Source of the DNA: a virus
Virus record (IMG/VR): IMGVR_UViG_3300033417_000009
Reading direction: 5' to 3' (one strand)
Length of the DNA: 58,461 nucleotides
The notes below the pieces were generated by a model, which worked only from the letters and a program-made list of their open reading frames with translations, was not told the DNA's origin and did not search any database. Position numbers and translations under genes: made by a program. Positions 35,037 through 44,827 of the stretch are shown here, piece after piece (position 1 is the first letter of the stretch; each line of letters starts with the position of its first letter).

Positions 35037-35752
35037 TGATTGAGCAGCACCCATGCCCTGAATGCGGCGACTCCGGTTGTGTGCCGGACGGGCAACACCC
35101 ACCAACACCAATCCCCTGTCCTGAATGCGTCCCTGATGAAATCAAGGCACAGCGCGACATGTTGCGCTGTAAAGTCGCGAGCCTCGAAGCAGCGCTTGAT
35201 ACAGCACAAGCAGAAGCAGCCCGGTGTGAAGGCCTAGCTTACGTGCCCGGTTATTCGCAATGCACTACATGCGGGTTTCATTTAGTATCGAACGTTATCG
35301 ACGCTAGTTTTGGTCGCATCGGTGTTGACTTAAACGCAGAACCAGAACCGTGCCCGAACGACGGCACGACTATGCGTTTGGTGTCATGGAAACAGCGGTG
35401 TCTCGAATCTGAAGCGATGCTCAATCACGGCGTGGCCGAAATTGCTGGTGAACGTAAGCGCCAGATTGAGGAAGGCTGGACGCCAGAGCACGACGATGAC
35501 ACCCACTGTAGTGGCGAACTAGCGTCTGCTGCCGTCGTGCTGACGTTGTCCTGTGAATCGGACGTACAAGCGCTTGACGACGATGAGTATGCACCAGAGT
35601 GGGCGTTCGGCCTGCGGCGTAAGTACGCTTATGATCGACGACGCCGACTAATCATCGCCGGGGCCTTGATCGCAGCCGAAATCGACCGACTGGGTCGGGA
35701 GCGATGGGCAGCCCTTGAACATACGCTTAATAAAAAAGCCGAGGAGGAGTGA
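35033..35752 (+). CDS. Zn-ribbon plus conserved C-terminal phage domain protein (239 aa)
   Basis: CPECGDSGC...CPEC at the N-terminus. The C-terminal KRQIEEGWTPEHDDDTHCSGELASAAVV...LIIAGALIAAEIDRL is a recurrent phage motif set. Confidence 0.6.
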   Translation: MMIEQHPCPECGDSGCVPDGQHPPTPIPCPECVPDEIKAQRDMLRCKVASLEAALDTAQAEAARCEGLAYVPGYSQCTTCGFHLVSNVIDASFGRIGVDLNAEPEPCPNDGTTMRLVSWKQRCLESEAMLNHGVAEIAGERKRQIEEGWTPEHDDDTHCSGELASAAVVLTLSCESDVQALDDDEYAPEWAFGLRRKYAYDRRRRLIIAGALIAAEIDRLGRERWAALEHTLNKKAEEE

Positions 35753-35756
35753 AGCG

Positions 35757-35909
35757 GTGACCGGCGAAGAAGCAGTCGCAGCAATTGCGCTTGAACACCT
35801 CGATAAAGTCTTGAGAGAAGTCGAACGGTACAAGCAGATATTGGAGCGCAACCGTGAATTGCTGAAGGAGTTGGCTTGCGTGCGTGCAAAGTCAGAAGAT
35901 CGACGGTAG
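35757..35909 (+). CDS. Small coiled-coil protein (50 aa, GTG start)
   Basis: SD gaggaggag lies upstream of the GTG. Sequence: VTGEEAVAAIALEHLDKVLREVERYKQILERNRELLKEL. Confidence 0.4.
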   Translation: MTGEEAVAAIALEHLDKVLREVERYKQILERNRELLKELACVRAKSEDRR

Positions 35910-36037
35910 GTGTTGGTCTCCGCTCAAGAATACGTTGCCACGGCGGCAGCTCACGATGGCACTGGCGTGTTTGAAGAAGCGTGCCGGAACCATGCGCGGT
36001 GTCTTTTGCGTGCCATCGCGACAGCGCTGGAGGATGA

Positions 36038-36208
36038 ATGATGACCAAAGACGCTGAAAAACTTGTCTGGGAAGCACTTGAGGAAGCGCGGCAGCGCGTG
36101 AAACCTGACGTAAAAAAGGAGATGGAGGGAGAAATAATTGGTCAGGATATCCTGAACTTCCACATGAGGGGACAGGAGCACAACCAGCGGGCTACTGTAC
36201 TACAGTAA
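36038..36208 (+). CDS. Possible last small ORF of the plus arm (56 aa)
   Basis: Hand-translated: MMTKDAEKLVWEALEEARQRVKPDVKKEMEGEII... It overlaps the convergent gene end by 17 nt and is below the track cut-off. Confidence 0.3.
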   Translation: MMTKDAEKLVWEALEEARQRVKPDVKKEMEGEIIGQDILNFHMRGQEHNQRATVLQ

Positions 36209-36785
36209 GTCGAGCTGACCGTGCCGTAGCAGCGACCGCAACCACGGCACACCGTCTCACGATAACCAACCCTGAAAATTGGTCAATGTAAGAGGCAGCC
36301 ATCACACCATTGGGCAGCGCTACTGTTTGCAACGTTACTCCGACTACTTCCCCAAGGTCAGCCTCGGGGACGGCAAATGCATCCTCGGTGCAGGCGCCTG
36401 GCGCCACGAACGTGAACGCCGGTAACGTCATATCCATTGTGATGAGGTTCACCCCAGTCGCGTACGTCACCGACCCCGGGTACGCTCCTACAAAGGTACT
36501 ACTCACAACCGCTGTCCCGTGCGTCAGGGCCTCGCCTGCGACCGTACCAGGGGCCACGTTTTTGATCTGACGCCCCCCGGCTTCAGCATCCCTCTCCAAG
36601 TGGAAACCCGTCACGTCGCCTGGAGAAAGTGATGTAGTTTGCCCCGTGGTAGATGCAGCGAGTTCAAAGTCCTCACCAACGTCGACGCGCACAGAGCGTA
36701 CGCGAGGTGCCCACCAAGTGATTGCCAAGGCCGCTACCGCAAACGTCAGCATTCCCAGCACTATCCAGAACCACCAGCGTCTCAT
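36192..36785 (-). CDS. TM-anchored protein (197 aa) carrying the fibre-like module shared with the two giant proteins
   Basis: N-terminal TM WWFWIVLGMLTFAVAALAITWW. GFHLERDAEAGGRQIKNVAPGTVAGEALTHG...GACTEDAF...LGEVVGVTL...VIVRRCAVVAV is colinear with [31 protein letters not shown]...GECANY...LGMVAIT...[10 protein letters not shown] of the 322..6189 protein. Confidence 0.65.
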   Translation of the reverse strand: MRRWWFWIVLGMLTFAVAALAITWWAPRVRSVRVDVGEDFELAASTTGQTTSLSPGDVTGFHLERDAEAGGRQIKNVAPGTVAGEALTHGTAVVSSTFVGAYPGSVTYATGVNLITMDMTLPAFTFVAPGACTEDAFAVPEADLGEVVGVTLQTVALPNGVMAASYIDQFSGLVIVRRCAVVAVAATARSARLTVVQ

Positions 36786-36787
36786 TG

Positions 36788-37891
36788 TCAGATCCCCAGT
36801 GCCAACGCCGTTAGCAGAAAGTCATCTATGTCAGTTGCCGCGTTGTCAACACGGTAGTAGTCAAGATCCAATCCCGTGAGTTTCCTTGCCGGTGGTAGCA
36901 TAACAAGGTCAGGCCACGCCACAATGACCTTTGGGTTTGACGCGGTCAACACCGTCGCAAAGATGTGACTGTCAAAGCCTGCATCCCACGTGATCCAATC
37001 TACAATACTATCTTCCGTGGTGCTCATGGGTAGTGTGCTCGGTTCAGAAATGGCCCACTTCACTTTCAGCGCGTCCACAATGGTCCCGCTGTGGGGAATT
37101 ACAAAGGTGCCCTTAGCGCTAGCCCCGTTCTTGTCTATGACCAATTGGGAGAGACTCAGGAGCTGTTGGAGAGCAATTGAGGACCATTGCCCCGGCGCCC
37201 CTGGTGTCCATGCCAGGACCTGGTCAAGCAACGTCTCGCTGGGAGCTACCGCAGATACCGCCGTCCCCTGCAATTTCTTGACCGTTGCATTCGGAAACGA
37301 TCCCCCAAGATCACCAGCGAAGTTCATGTCCGTTTGCCCGGTCCCGCCGTGGCTCACCGGCACCACGAAGCGCCCGGTCGGATTATCAAGTTGCAATTGC
37401 AGTGGGTAGCCACCTGCGGCAGCGCTGGTGGTCCCACCCACCGCCGCAAACTCCACATACTTCAACACGCCGGCCAAGATTCCAGCGTTCAAAGTAACCG
37501 TGGTGATGCTCCCGGCTACATTGGCATCTCTAATAGTAGCAATGGCCGTGGTCCCGTCCGAAAACGTGGCTCGTACGTTGCGCCCTACTTGCGTAATCTT
37601 TGGTGTAACCCAATCCCCCACTAGCGTGAACACGGTGGCGGATACTTTAGCGGGAGCGTTCGGCGATGGCGCCGACTCCAGGCCACTGTAATTTAACCAC
37701 CCTGAGTTCACGCTAAGCGCCCGCACCTCGCTTTTAATCTTGCGCAACTCAGCCGAGAGATCATTTTCCCCGCCCGGCGTCATCAAGTCCGCGAGCTGCG
37801 GGAGGTTGTTATCATTGCTGCTTGCATCTGTTTGCCAGCTTGGTCCGTCTGCCGGGACCGCTGCCAACTTATCAACCGTGGGATTTGCCAT
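36788..37891 (-). CDS. Tail fibre protein (367 aa)
   Basis: It is the last large structural gene. ELRKIKSEVRAL and PVSHGGTGQTDMNFAGDLGG resemble conserved tail-fibre motifs. Confidence 0.6.
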   Translation of the reverse strand: MANPTVDKLAAVPADGPSWQTDASSNDNNLPQLADLMTPGGENDLSAELRKIKSEVRALSVNSGWLNYSGLESAPSPNAPAKVSATVFTLVGDWVTPKITQVGRNVRATFSDGTTAIATIRDANVAGSITTVTLNAGILAGVLKYVEFAAVGGTTSAAAGGYPLQLQLDNPTGRFVVPVSHGGTGQTDMNFAGDLGGSFPNATVKKLQGTAVSAVAPSETLLDQVLAWTPGAPGQWSSIALQQLLSLSQLVIDKNGASAKGTFVIPHSGTIVDALKVKWAISEPSTLPMSTTEDSIVDWITWDAGFDSHIFATVLTASNPKVIVAWPDLVMLPPARKLTGLDLDYYRVDNAATDIDDFLLTALALGI

Positions 37892-40800
37892 TACTGTAAC
37901 TCCCTCAATTCCTCCGCAAGTTGTGCCCGAGCCGGGCGCTCTTCCTCACCGCTTTCTATCCGGTTCAACAGATACCTCTTGATTGGCCCATCAAACTCTT
38001 TTTGCACCCGGGCGCTTATCCGATCCATCAACATCCGCAGCAACATTTTCTGCGCTTTCGGCGTGAGTTGTTGGTAGGTTGGTGCGTTGATCTGTTGCCC
38101 CAAAACTGTGGTGAGCAAAGCGTGCCTACGCTGGAGCATCGGCTTGCGGAATTGTGCCGGTAGCTCATATGTGGTCCCGAGCCATTCTTTGTCGCGGTAG
38201 TACCCAAGGCCCATCCCAAGCCGTTGCATCTCTTGCAACACTGGGTTGTCCTTCACCGTGCGCTCGTAGAATGGAGACGCAATATCTGGCCCGAGCCCCT
38301 TCCCGCTCTCCAACTCTTGTCCGGTGACATCTGTACGCGGGGCTAACTGTGCGCGTACGCCTGGGATACGCTCCTGGATGTACTCGGAAAACTCTCGCGT
38401 CTCCCGTGCGTGAGGGTCTAGCACACGACCGGCCTGCGCCACGCCAGCCGGGACCACGGCCCCGCCCACCATCCGCCCGATGAATGCTTCGGCCCGCTTA
38501 CCGCTGGGGTCCTGGATTGCCTCAAATAGATCCCAGAATGCTTGCATGTACGTTTTACTTGTGAAGTTGCGCCCTGTCCCAATGATGAGCTGCGCTGCAA
38601 GCTGTGACAGCTTGTCATCGCTCGTACGAAAGTCACGGGCCAGGTCCATGTAGTCGGTAGCTGCGCCGAACAAGAAAGCGAAGGGGTCCAACCGAGCGTA
38701 CGAGATATGCTTGTTACCAAACTTCACTGAGTATGGTTGCTCCACAGCCCGGTCCACATTCGCCTGCTGTGTATTCAAACTGCCGCCCCCAGTAATGTAA
38801 CCTTTGTCTGCCAACCACATCGCAGCCATCGTCAAAAATGTCCCATTCAACACACGGGCCATCGCCAGGTCTTGCTCCACTGCACCTGCCCTGCCCAACA
38901 GCGCATCCCGCGTCTCTTGCAGCAGCGGCGCTGCCGGTGAGTGTTCCGTCGCCCACTTCAGCAAATTCATAGGCGTGCGTGTAAACGGGATCAGCCAGCG
39001 CAACCCCGGCGTTCGGTGGATGAATCCTACAGCCGCCCTGCCGGTCGCGCCAAGCGCTCGTGTCTGCAACGCACGGTGCGCTGAACGTTCTGCTACATCG
39101 AGTGCAAACTCTGGCGGCTGCGCCATCCACTTGGTGATGAACCCGGGAGCGTCTTCTTTTTTCAATCGCCCTAATCTGAGGGCTTTCTTTGACTCCCTGA
39201 TAGCAAGACCATTCAGCGCCCCTCGCTCGATTACCATGCGGAAAAAGTCATCTGTGGTAGACATAATGCCCACAGGAATGCCGGAGATGCTCCCGAACCG
39301 ACCCTTGATTGGGCGCATCTCGTACTTCGTAACACCACCCCCACGCCCACCCTTCAACCCGGTCTTGAGCGTTTCCAGCATCCCCCGTGTCTTTACCTCG
39401 TGGCTCACCGCCTTGAGCGCGTCCTTCACTCCCATGACCATGCCCGTTAGCTGGCCTTCTACTTCGCTGAAGTACACCTTATCTATGCGAGAGGGGTTCT
39501 TGATCTTACCCAGCGCCGCTGCTGTCCCGGTGTCCGCTATCTCAAACAGGGACGTGGCCGCGTTGCTCATGAAGTTGACCGTCCACGTGCTAGGGTTTGA
39601 CAACAACCCGTTCAGATAAAGCCAGAACAGCTTGTCCGGCGTGCTCGCTTTGTCCATACCCGCCACGTACTTCGCAATCACATCTGGGTCGCCAAGCTTG
39701 GCAATGTGTTCCGCCGCAATCAACGCCCGGTCGATACCGCCGTACTGGTCAAGCACCTTCTTCATCTGCTTGCGCACAACATCGCTGGGGCCGCCCACCC
39801 GGTACTGGTGTGAGTGTAACGCTCGACCGATTTCCGCTGACGACCCGCTGGTGTGCCCTTGCACAACTTTTTGGATGTCTTGTGCTTTCACGAACTCTGT
39901 AAGGTCGGCAAGGTTCCCAGAGAGCGCTTTGCGCCCGGTGTTAAGCAAGTTGCTGGCACTCTGCGCGTTCAACTCCCGCAACGCCAGTGACTCTGCGTCG
40001 TTGAGTGGCTGGCCTAACTTACGGTTGAGTAACTTCAGGGGGTTGATATGCTCGGCCGCTGCCCTGGTTTCCGCCTCCGACACTACGCCCCGGCGCTCGT
40101 CAATAAAATTGTTGTGCTTCTTGGCGATCTGGTAAATGACCGCTTTCACACCTTCTTGCGGTTCGTCGATGTAGTTGAAATTGATGTTCCCTGCCTTGTC
40201 CACCAGATCTGCTTTGTCTTGCTCCGGGGCGCCGACGAAGCCCTCGGGGTATTCCTTATAGGGGCGCTCTGCTTTCACCACTTCCTCTGGCGTCATGGTC
40301 GTGGGTTTGGCCAGCGTCTCGTCTACCGTTTTCTGCGCCTGCGCTTTCGCTCGGACGCTCGCTTGCTGGAATGCTTTCTTCGTTTGCGCTCCCTGAAACC
40401 CACGCAACGGCGCTCCCAACAGTGCACCCCCAACGGTCCCCCCGATCACCTCTTCTTTCGACGGCAGCTCGCCCTCCAGTCCATGGCGTACAAACGGGTA
40501 GCCGCCGCCGAGCATGCCCCCTTCTAGTGCACCCACCATGGCCCCTCGCAGTGGGCGCGTGGCCAGCTTCCCGGCGAGGCCCATGGGCACTGCTGTCAGG
40601 GCCATTGCCGCACCAGCGTCAAGCGGGTCAGGTTTTCTACCTTCAACCCAGCTCCCAAGGAGTTCTCCAAGCCCCGCACCGCCCACGCCACTGGCATAGC
40701 CGACACCAGGACCACCTAACAAAGTGCCACCAGCGCCCATTGCAATGGGTGTACCGACGCGAGCAGTAAATGCTAGCCCTTTACGAAGCAGCCCGATGTC

Positions 40801-40962
40801 TTCGTCACCTTCACCTTCACTGCTAGGGGCTCCGGCGTCACCTGCTGCCCCACGGGAAACCATCGAGGCTGCTTGCACAAGGTCACGCTCCGTCGGCTCA
40901 TTCTCAAACGTCAGCTTTACCGACTTCCCGTCTGCAAATGTGATGGTTTTTGTTACTGCCAT
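37891..40962 (-). CDS. Large internal virion / ejection (core) protein (1023 aa), in the T7 gp16 position
   Basis: Called from its size, its position before the tail fibre, and its Gly-rich membrane-like N-terminal segments (GTPIAMGAGGTLLGGPGVGYASGVGGAGLG). Confidence 0.5.
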   Translation of the reverse strand: MAVTKTITFADGKSVKLTFENEPTERDLVQAASMVSRGAAGDAGAPSSEGEGDEDIGLLRKGLAFTARVGTPIAMGAGGTLLGGPGVGYASGVGGAGLGELLGSWVEGRKPDPLDAGAAMALTAVPMGLAGKLATRPLRGAMVGALEGGMLGGGYPFVRHGLEGELPSKEEVIGGTVGGALLGAPLRGFQGAQTKKAFQQASVRAKAQAQKTVDETLAKPTTMTPEEVVKAERPYKEYPEGFVGAPEQDKADLVDKAGNINFNYIDEPQEGVKAVIYQIAKKHNNFIDERRGVVSEAETRAAAEHINPLKLLNRKLGQPLNDAESLALRELNAQSASNLLNTGRKALSGNLADLTEFVKAQDIQKVVQGHTSGSSAEIGRALHSHQYRVGGPSDVVRKQMKKVLDQYGGIDRALIAAEHIAKLGDPDVIAKYVAGMDKASTPDKLFWLYLNGLLSNPSTWTVNFMSNAATSLFEIADTGTAAALGKIKNPSRIDKVYFSEVEGQLTGMVMGVKDALKAVSHEVKTRGMLETLKTGLKGGRGGGVTKYEMRPIKGRFGSISGIPVGIMSTTDDFFRMVIERGALNGLAIRESKKALRLGRLKKEDAPGFITKWMAQPPEFALDVAERSAHRALQTRALGATGRAAVGFIHRTPGLRWLIPFTRTPMNLLKWATEHSPAAPLLQETRDALLGRAGAVEQDLAMARVLNGTFLTMAAMWLADKGYITGGGSLNTQQANVDRAVEQPYSVKFGNKHISYARLDPFAFLFGAATDYMDLARDFRTSDDKLSQLAAQLIIGTGRNFTSKTYMQAFWDLFEAIQDPSGKRAEAFIGRMVGGAVVPAGVAQAGRVLDPHARETREFSEYIQERIPGVRAQLAPRTDVTGQELESGKGLGPDIASPFYERTVKDNPVLQEMQRLGMGLGYYRDKEWLGTTYELPAQFRKPMLQRRHALLTTVLGQQINAPTYQQLTPKAQKMLLRMLMDRISARVQKEFDGPIKRYLLNRIESGEEERPARAQLAEELRELQ

Positions 40963-40969
40963 GAGCTGC

Positions 40970-42034
40970 TTAGTTCACGATGAAAGTGTTACCGTCTTCT
41001 GTCCTCAGTTGCTTCTTCTTGTTCTTCCCGCTTTTCGGGACCCTTGGGCGTACGTAAATACGCCCATCTGCACCTCGTCGCCATTGGCCAGAACTAAGTG
41101 GAGGTGGTGTTGCTGTTGGGGTGGGCGTACGTGGTGGGTATGGTGTCATCGGCGGCGGTGCTGGCGTTGGGCGTGCTTGCGCGGGAGGTGTAAGCTGTGG
41201 CGCAACATCCATAGCTTGTGCCTCTTCCAGCGGCATCCACTCAGGCAAATCTTCTTGCGCAGGTGGTGACGGTGGCTCCTGTTGCTCAGAGGGTGGCGGT
41301 GGTAAGAGCCCGGCAACCGCCAGCGAGTCACCTTCTGACAGCCCCAGCCTCATGCCATATGCGACGATGGCGTCACGAGAATCTTCTAGGTAACTTTCCC
41401 ACGTTACAGGGGCTCCCCTGAGAGAATCTTTCATCGCGTTGTAACGACTTGTGATCCAACTGCCTAAAGCAGCCATTCCTTTCTGGTTAATGTTGCCCGC
41501 GCCCGTACCTGGCACATACCCGGCAGCCGTAAGCGCCCGTTCTTGCGCAGCCTGCGCCTTCTTTAACTCTGCCGCTGCTTCGGCTTCTTGCTGCCTTGCG
41601 GTATCCAAACCCACCATTGATGGCCGGGCGACCTTCGGCGTCACGTACTCAAAGCCCGAGGGCTTCACGCCAGCTTGCGTGAGCCCACCAACCGTCCGCA
41701 ACTCACGCGCCATGTCAGGGTACTGCGTGACCAGCGCTTCAATATGACGCCGTTGTGCGTCGGCTGCCTGCTGCGCAAGTTGCTGTTTTGCCATCGTGTC
41801 ATGGAACCCACCATAGAGCTGGTTCGCGAGCTGGTGCTGTGCCAACCGTCCCTGGGCATAGCCAGAGAACACCCCGAGGGGACTCTGCCCCATCCCACCA
41901 AGCGCCCCCAGCAAGGGTAATGCTCGGTCAATGGCAGACGGTGCAGGGGCTCCCTGCATGAGCTGCCCCGTCTGAGGGTCGATAGGTTGGTTTGGCAACG
42001 GTGGCGCAAAGATGTTTGCTAACTGCTGTCCCAT
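40970..42034 (-). CDS. Internal virion protein candidate (354 aa), Gln/Ala/Pro-rich
   Basis: Called from position and composition. It has a Pro-rich C-terminal third. Confidence 0.5.
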   Translation of the reverse strand: MGQQLANIFAPPLPNQPIDPQTGQLMQGAPAPSAIDRALPLLGALGGMGQSPLGVFSGYAQGRLAQHQLANQLYGGFHDTMAKQQLAQQAADAQRRHIEALVTQYPDMARELRTVGGLTQAGVKPSGFEYVTPKVARPSMVGLDTARQQEAEAAAELKKAQAAQERALTAAGYVPGTGAGNINQKGMAALGSWITSRYNAMKDSLRGAPVTWESYLEDSRDAIVAYGMRLGLSEGDSLAVAGLLPPPPSEQQEPPSPPAQEDLPEWMPLEEAQAMDVAPQLTPPAQARPTPAPPPMTPYPPRTPTPTATPPPLSSGQWRRGADGRIYVRPRVPKSGKNKKKQLRTEDGNTFIVN

Positions 42035-42035
42035 C

Positions 42036-42821
42036 TCAATACCCTCTCAATAGTTGGGAGTAAGTGAGCACGGGGCTCCTGCTCTGGACCAACCCCACCG
42101 GAGTCCCAAACGGGCTCTGGCGCTGCGTGATGGCCGGGCGCTGCGGGAACGGCAGTAGTTTGCTTTGCTGACCTCCGCCCTCCTGCTGTTGGAACGGGTT
42201 CAACTGTTGCATGAGCTGGATTCGCTTGCCCCACATCTCGGCTTGGTCCCAGAAACCTGGCCCCTGCGTGGCTGGCGCTACCGGGGCCGCGTTGCTCATG
42301 TTGGCCATGCTCATCATTGGCCCTTGCGTGGCTGCTGGGGCTGATCCTACCTGGCTCATATCCACCATAGAATTTGACAACATGGGGGCCATAGTCGCGT
42401 TTGCTGCCGTTGGTACAATTGGCGTTGTCGCCGCTGGTGCTGCCGGGGCCGCGTTGCTTATGTTGGCTACGCTCATCATTGGCCCTTGCGTGACTGCCGG
42501 GGCTGATCCTACCTGGCTCATACCCGCCATAGAGTTCGACAACATGGGGGCCATGGTCGCGTTTGCTGCCGTTGGTACAATTGGTGTTGCCGCTGACGCA
42601 ATGCCGCTGAGGCCTGCCCCAAGGCCTCCAGCCGACCCAGCCGCCCCAGCCGCTGCCGGTGCTGCGCCGGCCGCTCCTGCGCCTCCGCCAATGGCACTTC
42701 CCAGAGAACTTGCTGCACTCCCAATCGCACTCGCGGCAGTTGTAGCAGCACCGGCGGCTGCTCCTGCGGCTCCGGATGCCGCGCCGCCAAGAGCACCGAC
42801 AATACCAGCTAATTGAGGCAT
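42036..42821 (-). CDS. Gly/Ala-rich internal virion protein candidate (261 aa) with a 54-aa tandem duplication
   Basis: SD gaggagga precedes ATG 42821. MPQLAGIVGALGGAASGAAG... The unit TPIVPTAANATMAPMLSNSM.GMSQVGSAPA.TQGPMMS.AN.SNAAP occurs twice. Confidence 0.55.
   Translation of the reverse strand: MPQLAGIVGALGGAASGAAGAAAGAATTAASAIGSAASSLGSAIGGGAGAAGAAPAAAGAAGSAGGLGAGLSGIASAATPIVPTAANATMAPMLSNSMAGMSQVGSAPAVTQGPMMSVANISNAAPAAPAATTPIVPTAANATMAPMLSNSMVDMSQVGSAPAATQGPMMSMANMSNAAPVAPATQGPGFWDQAEMWGKRIQLMQQLNPFQQQEGGGQQSKLLPFPQRPAITQRQSPFGTPVGLVQSRSPVLTYSQLLRGY
42270..42590 (-). repeat. 162-nt tandem duplication (2 copies, a few substitutions) inside 42036..42821
   Basis: ggggccgcgttgct.atgttggc... 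starts at 42283 and again at 42445. Confidence 0.8.
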
Positions 42822-42831
42822 CCCATCCTCC

Positions 42832-43638
42832 TCACTTGATACGAAGCTGCGAACCGAGCGTACCTGGCGTACTCTGCCCAAACATCTGGCCTGGCCCAGC
42901 GCCACCTTGTATTGCCCCACTGAGAAAATCGTACAACTGGAATGGCCACTGCACTTCCCGTTGCACGTTCTGGGTGTCTACATCTAACTCTTGCTGCTGC
43001 TGCGCCCGGCGGATGTCACCCGCTGCCAGTTCTTGCTGGAATGGCGTGTACTGTGCTTGCGTCACAGCCGGGACCAGTTGCTGGCCGTAAAGCTGGCGCC
43101 CCCGCTCACTCTCATAAGCCCCGCCGTAAACTTGATTTGCGAGGTCGGTCAGGTTCTGTCCCAGTCCATAGCGCTGGGCGTTAGCTAGCTCCGTGTGGGC
43201 GCTCCCACCATACGCCTGCGCGTCCCGCGCCGCTGCGTCCAACTGCGGGGCCGCCCCCAACATGTATTGGTCAGTGAGCGCTCGTGCCGAACTGTCGTAC
43301 AGGCCACGCAAGTGCGGGTTTGACTCAGGGCTCAGGTACTCCCCACCAAGCGTCTTCTGCAACTCGTTGATGGACGTATCATAGAGGCCCTGCTGCCCCG
43401 CACCCACTTGCCCAATGCCCTCAATCGCCTGCGTTTGCATGGGGTCCAACCCGGCGACCTGCTGGTTCAAGCCCTGGTTGTACGGTGCGGTTTCCGTGAC
43501 CCACTGCCCTGTGCTGGAGTCATACCGGCGCGTTGGCATCGCAAGGTCAAAGGCACTTTGGAGAAAAGGCTTGGCGTATGGATCGCGGACCCACCCAGGC
43601 CAATTCACAGAGCCTCTTGTTTCACCACTTCTACCCAT
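42832..43638 (-). CDS. Virion-associated protein candidate (268 aa)
   Basis: Called from position in the structural module. It is Gln/Gly/Tyr-rich. Confidence 0.5.
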   Translation of the reverse strand: MGRSGETRGSVNWPGWVRDPYAKPFLQSAFDLAMPTRRYDSSTGQWVTETAPYNQGLNQQVAGLDPMQTQAIEGIGQVGAGQQGLYDTSINELQKTLGGEYLSPESNPHLRGLYDSSARALTDQYMLGAAPQLDAAARDAQAYGGSAHTELANAQRYGLGQNLTDLANQVYGGAYESERGRQLYGQQLVPAVTQAQYTPFQQELAAGDIRRAQQQQELDVDTQNVQREVQWPFQLYDFLSGAIQGGAGPGQMFGQSTPGTLGSQLRIK

Positions 43639-43639
43639 C

Positions 43640-44164
43640 TTACTCTCCTTCGTACAACGGCTTACGGATCACGTACAGCACTGTTTCCCAGCCATCCCTT
43701 GCCATCCGCCGGGGCAACCCCGGGCGCGTTGTGAGCGCCTCCACGTAAGAGTAACCCCTTGCCCGCGCCACTTGTGCCAACGTATCGTCCATCTTTTCTA
43801 CAGCCACATGTGGCGCTCGTGGGTCGCTGTAACCCATCCACACAAGCAAACCCTGGGTGATGTGAAGGAACGGGTCAGGAAGCGGTTGTGTTACCACAAA
43901 CCCCAACGGCTTATGCGTTGCGCTCATGGCCAACCACAGCTCTGCCCCACCTTGTGTGATTGCAGCCAGCACGTGTTCCGGGGTCCACGTTGAGCGAGCG
44001 CCTTGTTTGGCTTTGATATGGAGCAACCCCCGGCGCACGAACGGCCACACTGCCGGGAGCACCTTTGGCACGTCGGCCAGCGGCACGGGGAAGGCCGTGA
44101 TTTCTTCTGCTGGCGCGTGCGCCTTAGGTGTTAGCTCTATCACGTTGTCTTTCACGGGGTTCAC
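43640..44164 (-). CDS. Hypothetical protein (174 aa), possibly GNAT-like fold
   Basis: PLGFVVTQPL...LLVWMGYSD...LAQVARARGYSYVEA is loosely acetyltransferase-like. No strong motif was found. Confidence 0.35.
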   Translation of the reverse strand: MNPVKDNVIELTPKAHAPAEEITAFPVPLADVPKVLPAVWPFVRRGLLHIKAKQGARSTWTPEHVLAAITQGGAELWLAMSATHKPLGFVVTQPLPDPFLHITQGLLVWMGYSDPRAPHVAVEKMDDTLAQVARARGYSYVEALTTRPGLPRRMARDGWETVLYVIRKPLYEGE

Positions 44165-44165
44165 T

Positions 44166-44366
44166 CTACCGCAACACGCTGGGCCACGTCTGCTGCTGTT
44201 GTTGCTGCCCCAAGAGCTGTTGGCGTTGCATCGCCCCGCCTTGTCGGATCTGGTCCATACTGTAGCGCCCAGGCGGGTTGAACTGGCCCGGCTTCGGCAT
44301 CCCCGGTAACTGCCCCTGCATTAATTGCTGGGGGCCACTCTGCAATTGCTGTAAAATCTGTCCCAT
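44166..44366 (-). CDS. Small Gln-rich protein (66 aa)
   Basis: SD ggtggagga precedes the ATG. MGQILQQLQSGPQQLMQGQLPG... The overlapping 119-aa track ORF (44161..44520) is not protein-like. Confidence 0.45.
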   Translation of the reverse strand: MGQILQQLQSGPQQLMQGQLPGMPKPGQFNPPGRYSMDQIRQGGAMQRQQLLGQQQQQQTWPSVLR

Positions 44367-44398
44367 GCCACGGTTTCCTCCACCGCGAAATTACCACA

Positions 44399-44827
44399 TC
44401 ATCCTGCGGGATACCAAGTCTCCGTTGACGGGTCCCACAGGAGCCACAGGGCTTCACCAGTGATCGGTACTTTTGGTGCAGCAATGTTACCCGCGCTCCC
44501 AAGCTGCCACGCACCTTCAACTACAAGCACAGTCCACCCTACGAAACTTTCCGGTGGCGTGATCGTATCAATCACAGCATCCCCGGTAATGTGATGAATG
44601 CGGGAGCTAATAGCCACAGTAGTAGCCGCCTCCAATGCCACGCCCACCTCCGAGAGTTGGTTCACTTCTTGGGTCACATCGCGTAGGTGGCTTTCAATAG
44701 AGCGCACCACGTCCCTCACGAAACTCGCCAGCCGCAAGAGCCAGGTGCGAAGTGGCGCCGACAACGGGATATCGTGCGGGTCGCCCGGCAACCGGGGAAG
44801 CGTGGGGGAACGAGGGAGGGATTTCAT
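44399..44827 (-). CDS. Hypothetical structural-module protein (142 aa)
   Basis: It is coupled to the upstream gene (ATGA overlap) and has protein-like composition. Confidence 0.55.
   Translation of the reverse strand: MKSLPRSPTLPRLPGDPHDIPLSAPLRTWLLRLASFVRDVVRSIESHLRDVTQEVNQLSEVGVALEAATTVAISSRIHHITGDAVIDTITPPESFVGWTVLVVEGAWQLGSAGNIAAPKVPITGEALWLLWDPSTETWYPAG

Noticed and set aside
44161-44520. The 119-aa minus-strand track ORF overlapping 44166..44366 and 44399..44827.
   Set aside because: It overlaps two better-supported genes, has no SD, and is Arg/Ala/Pro-rich and not protein-like.
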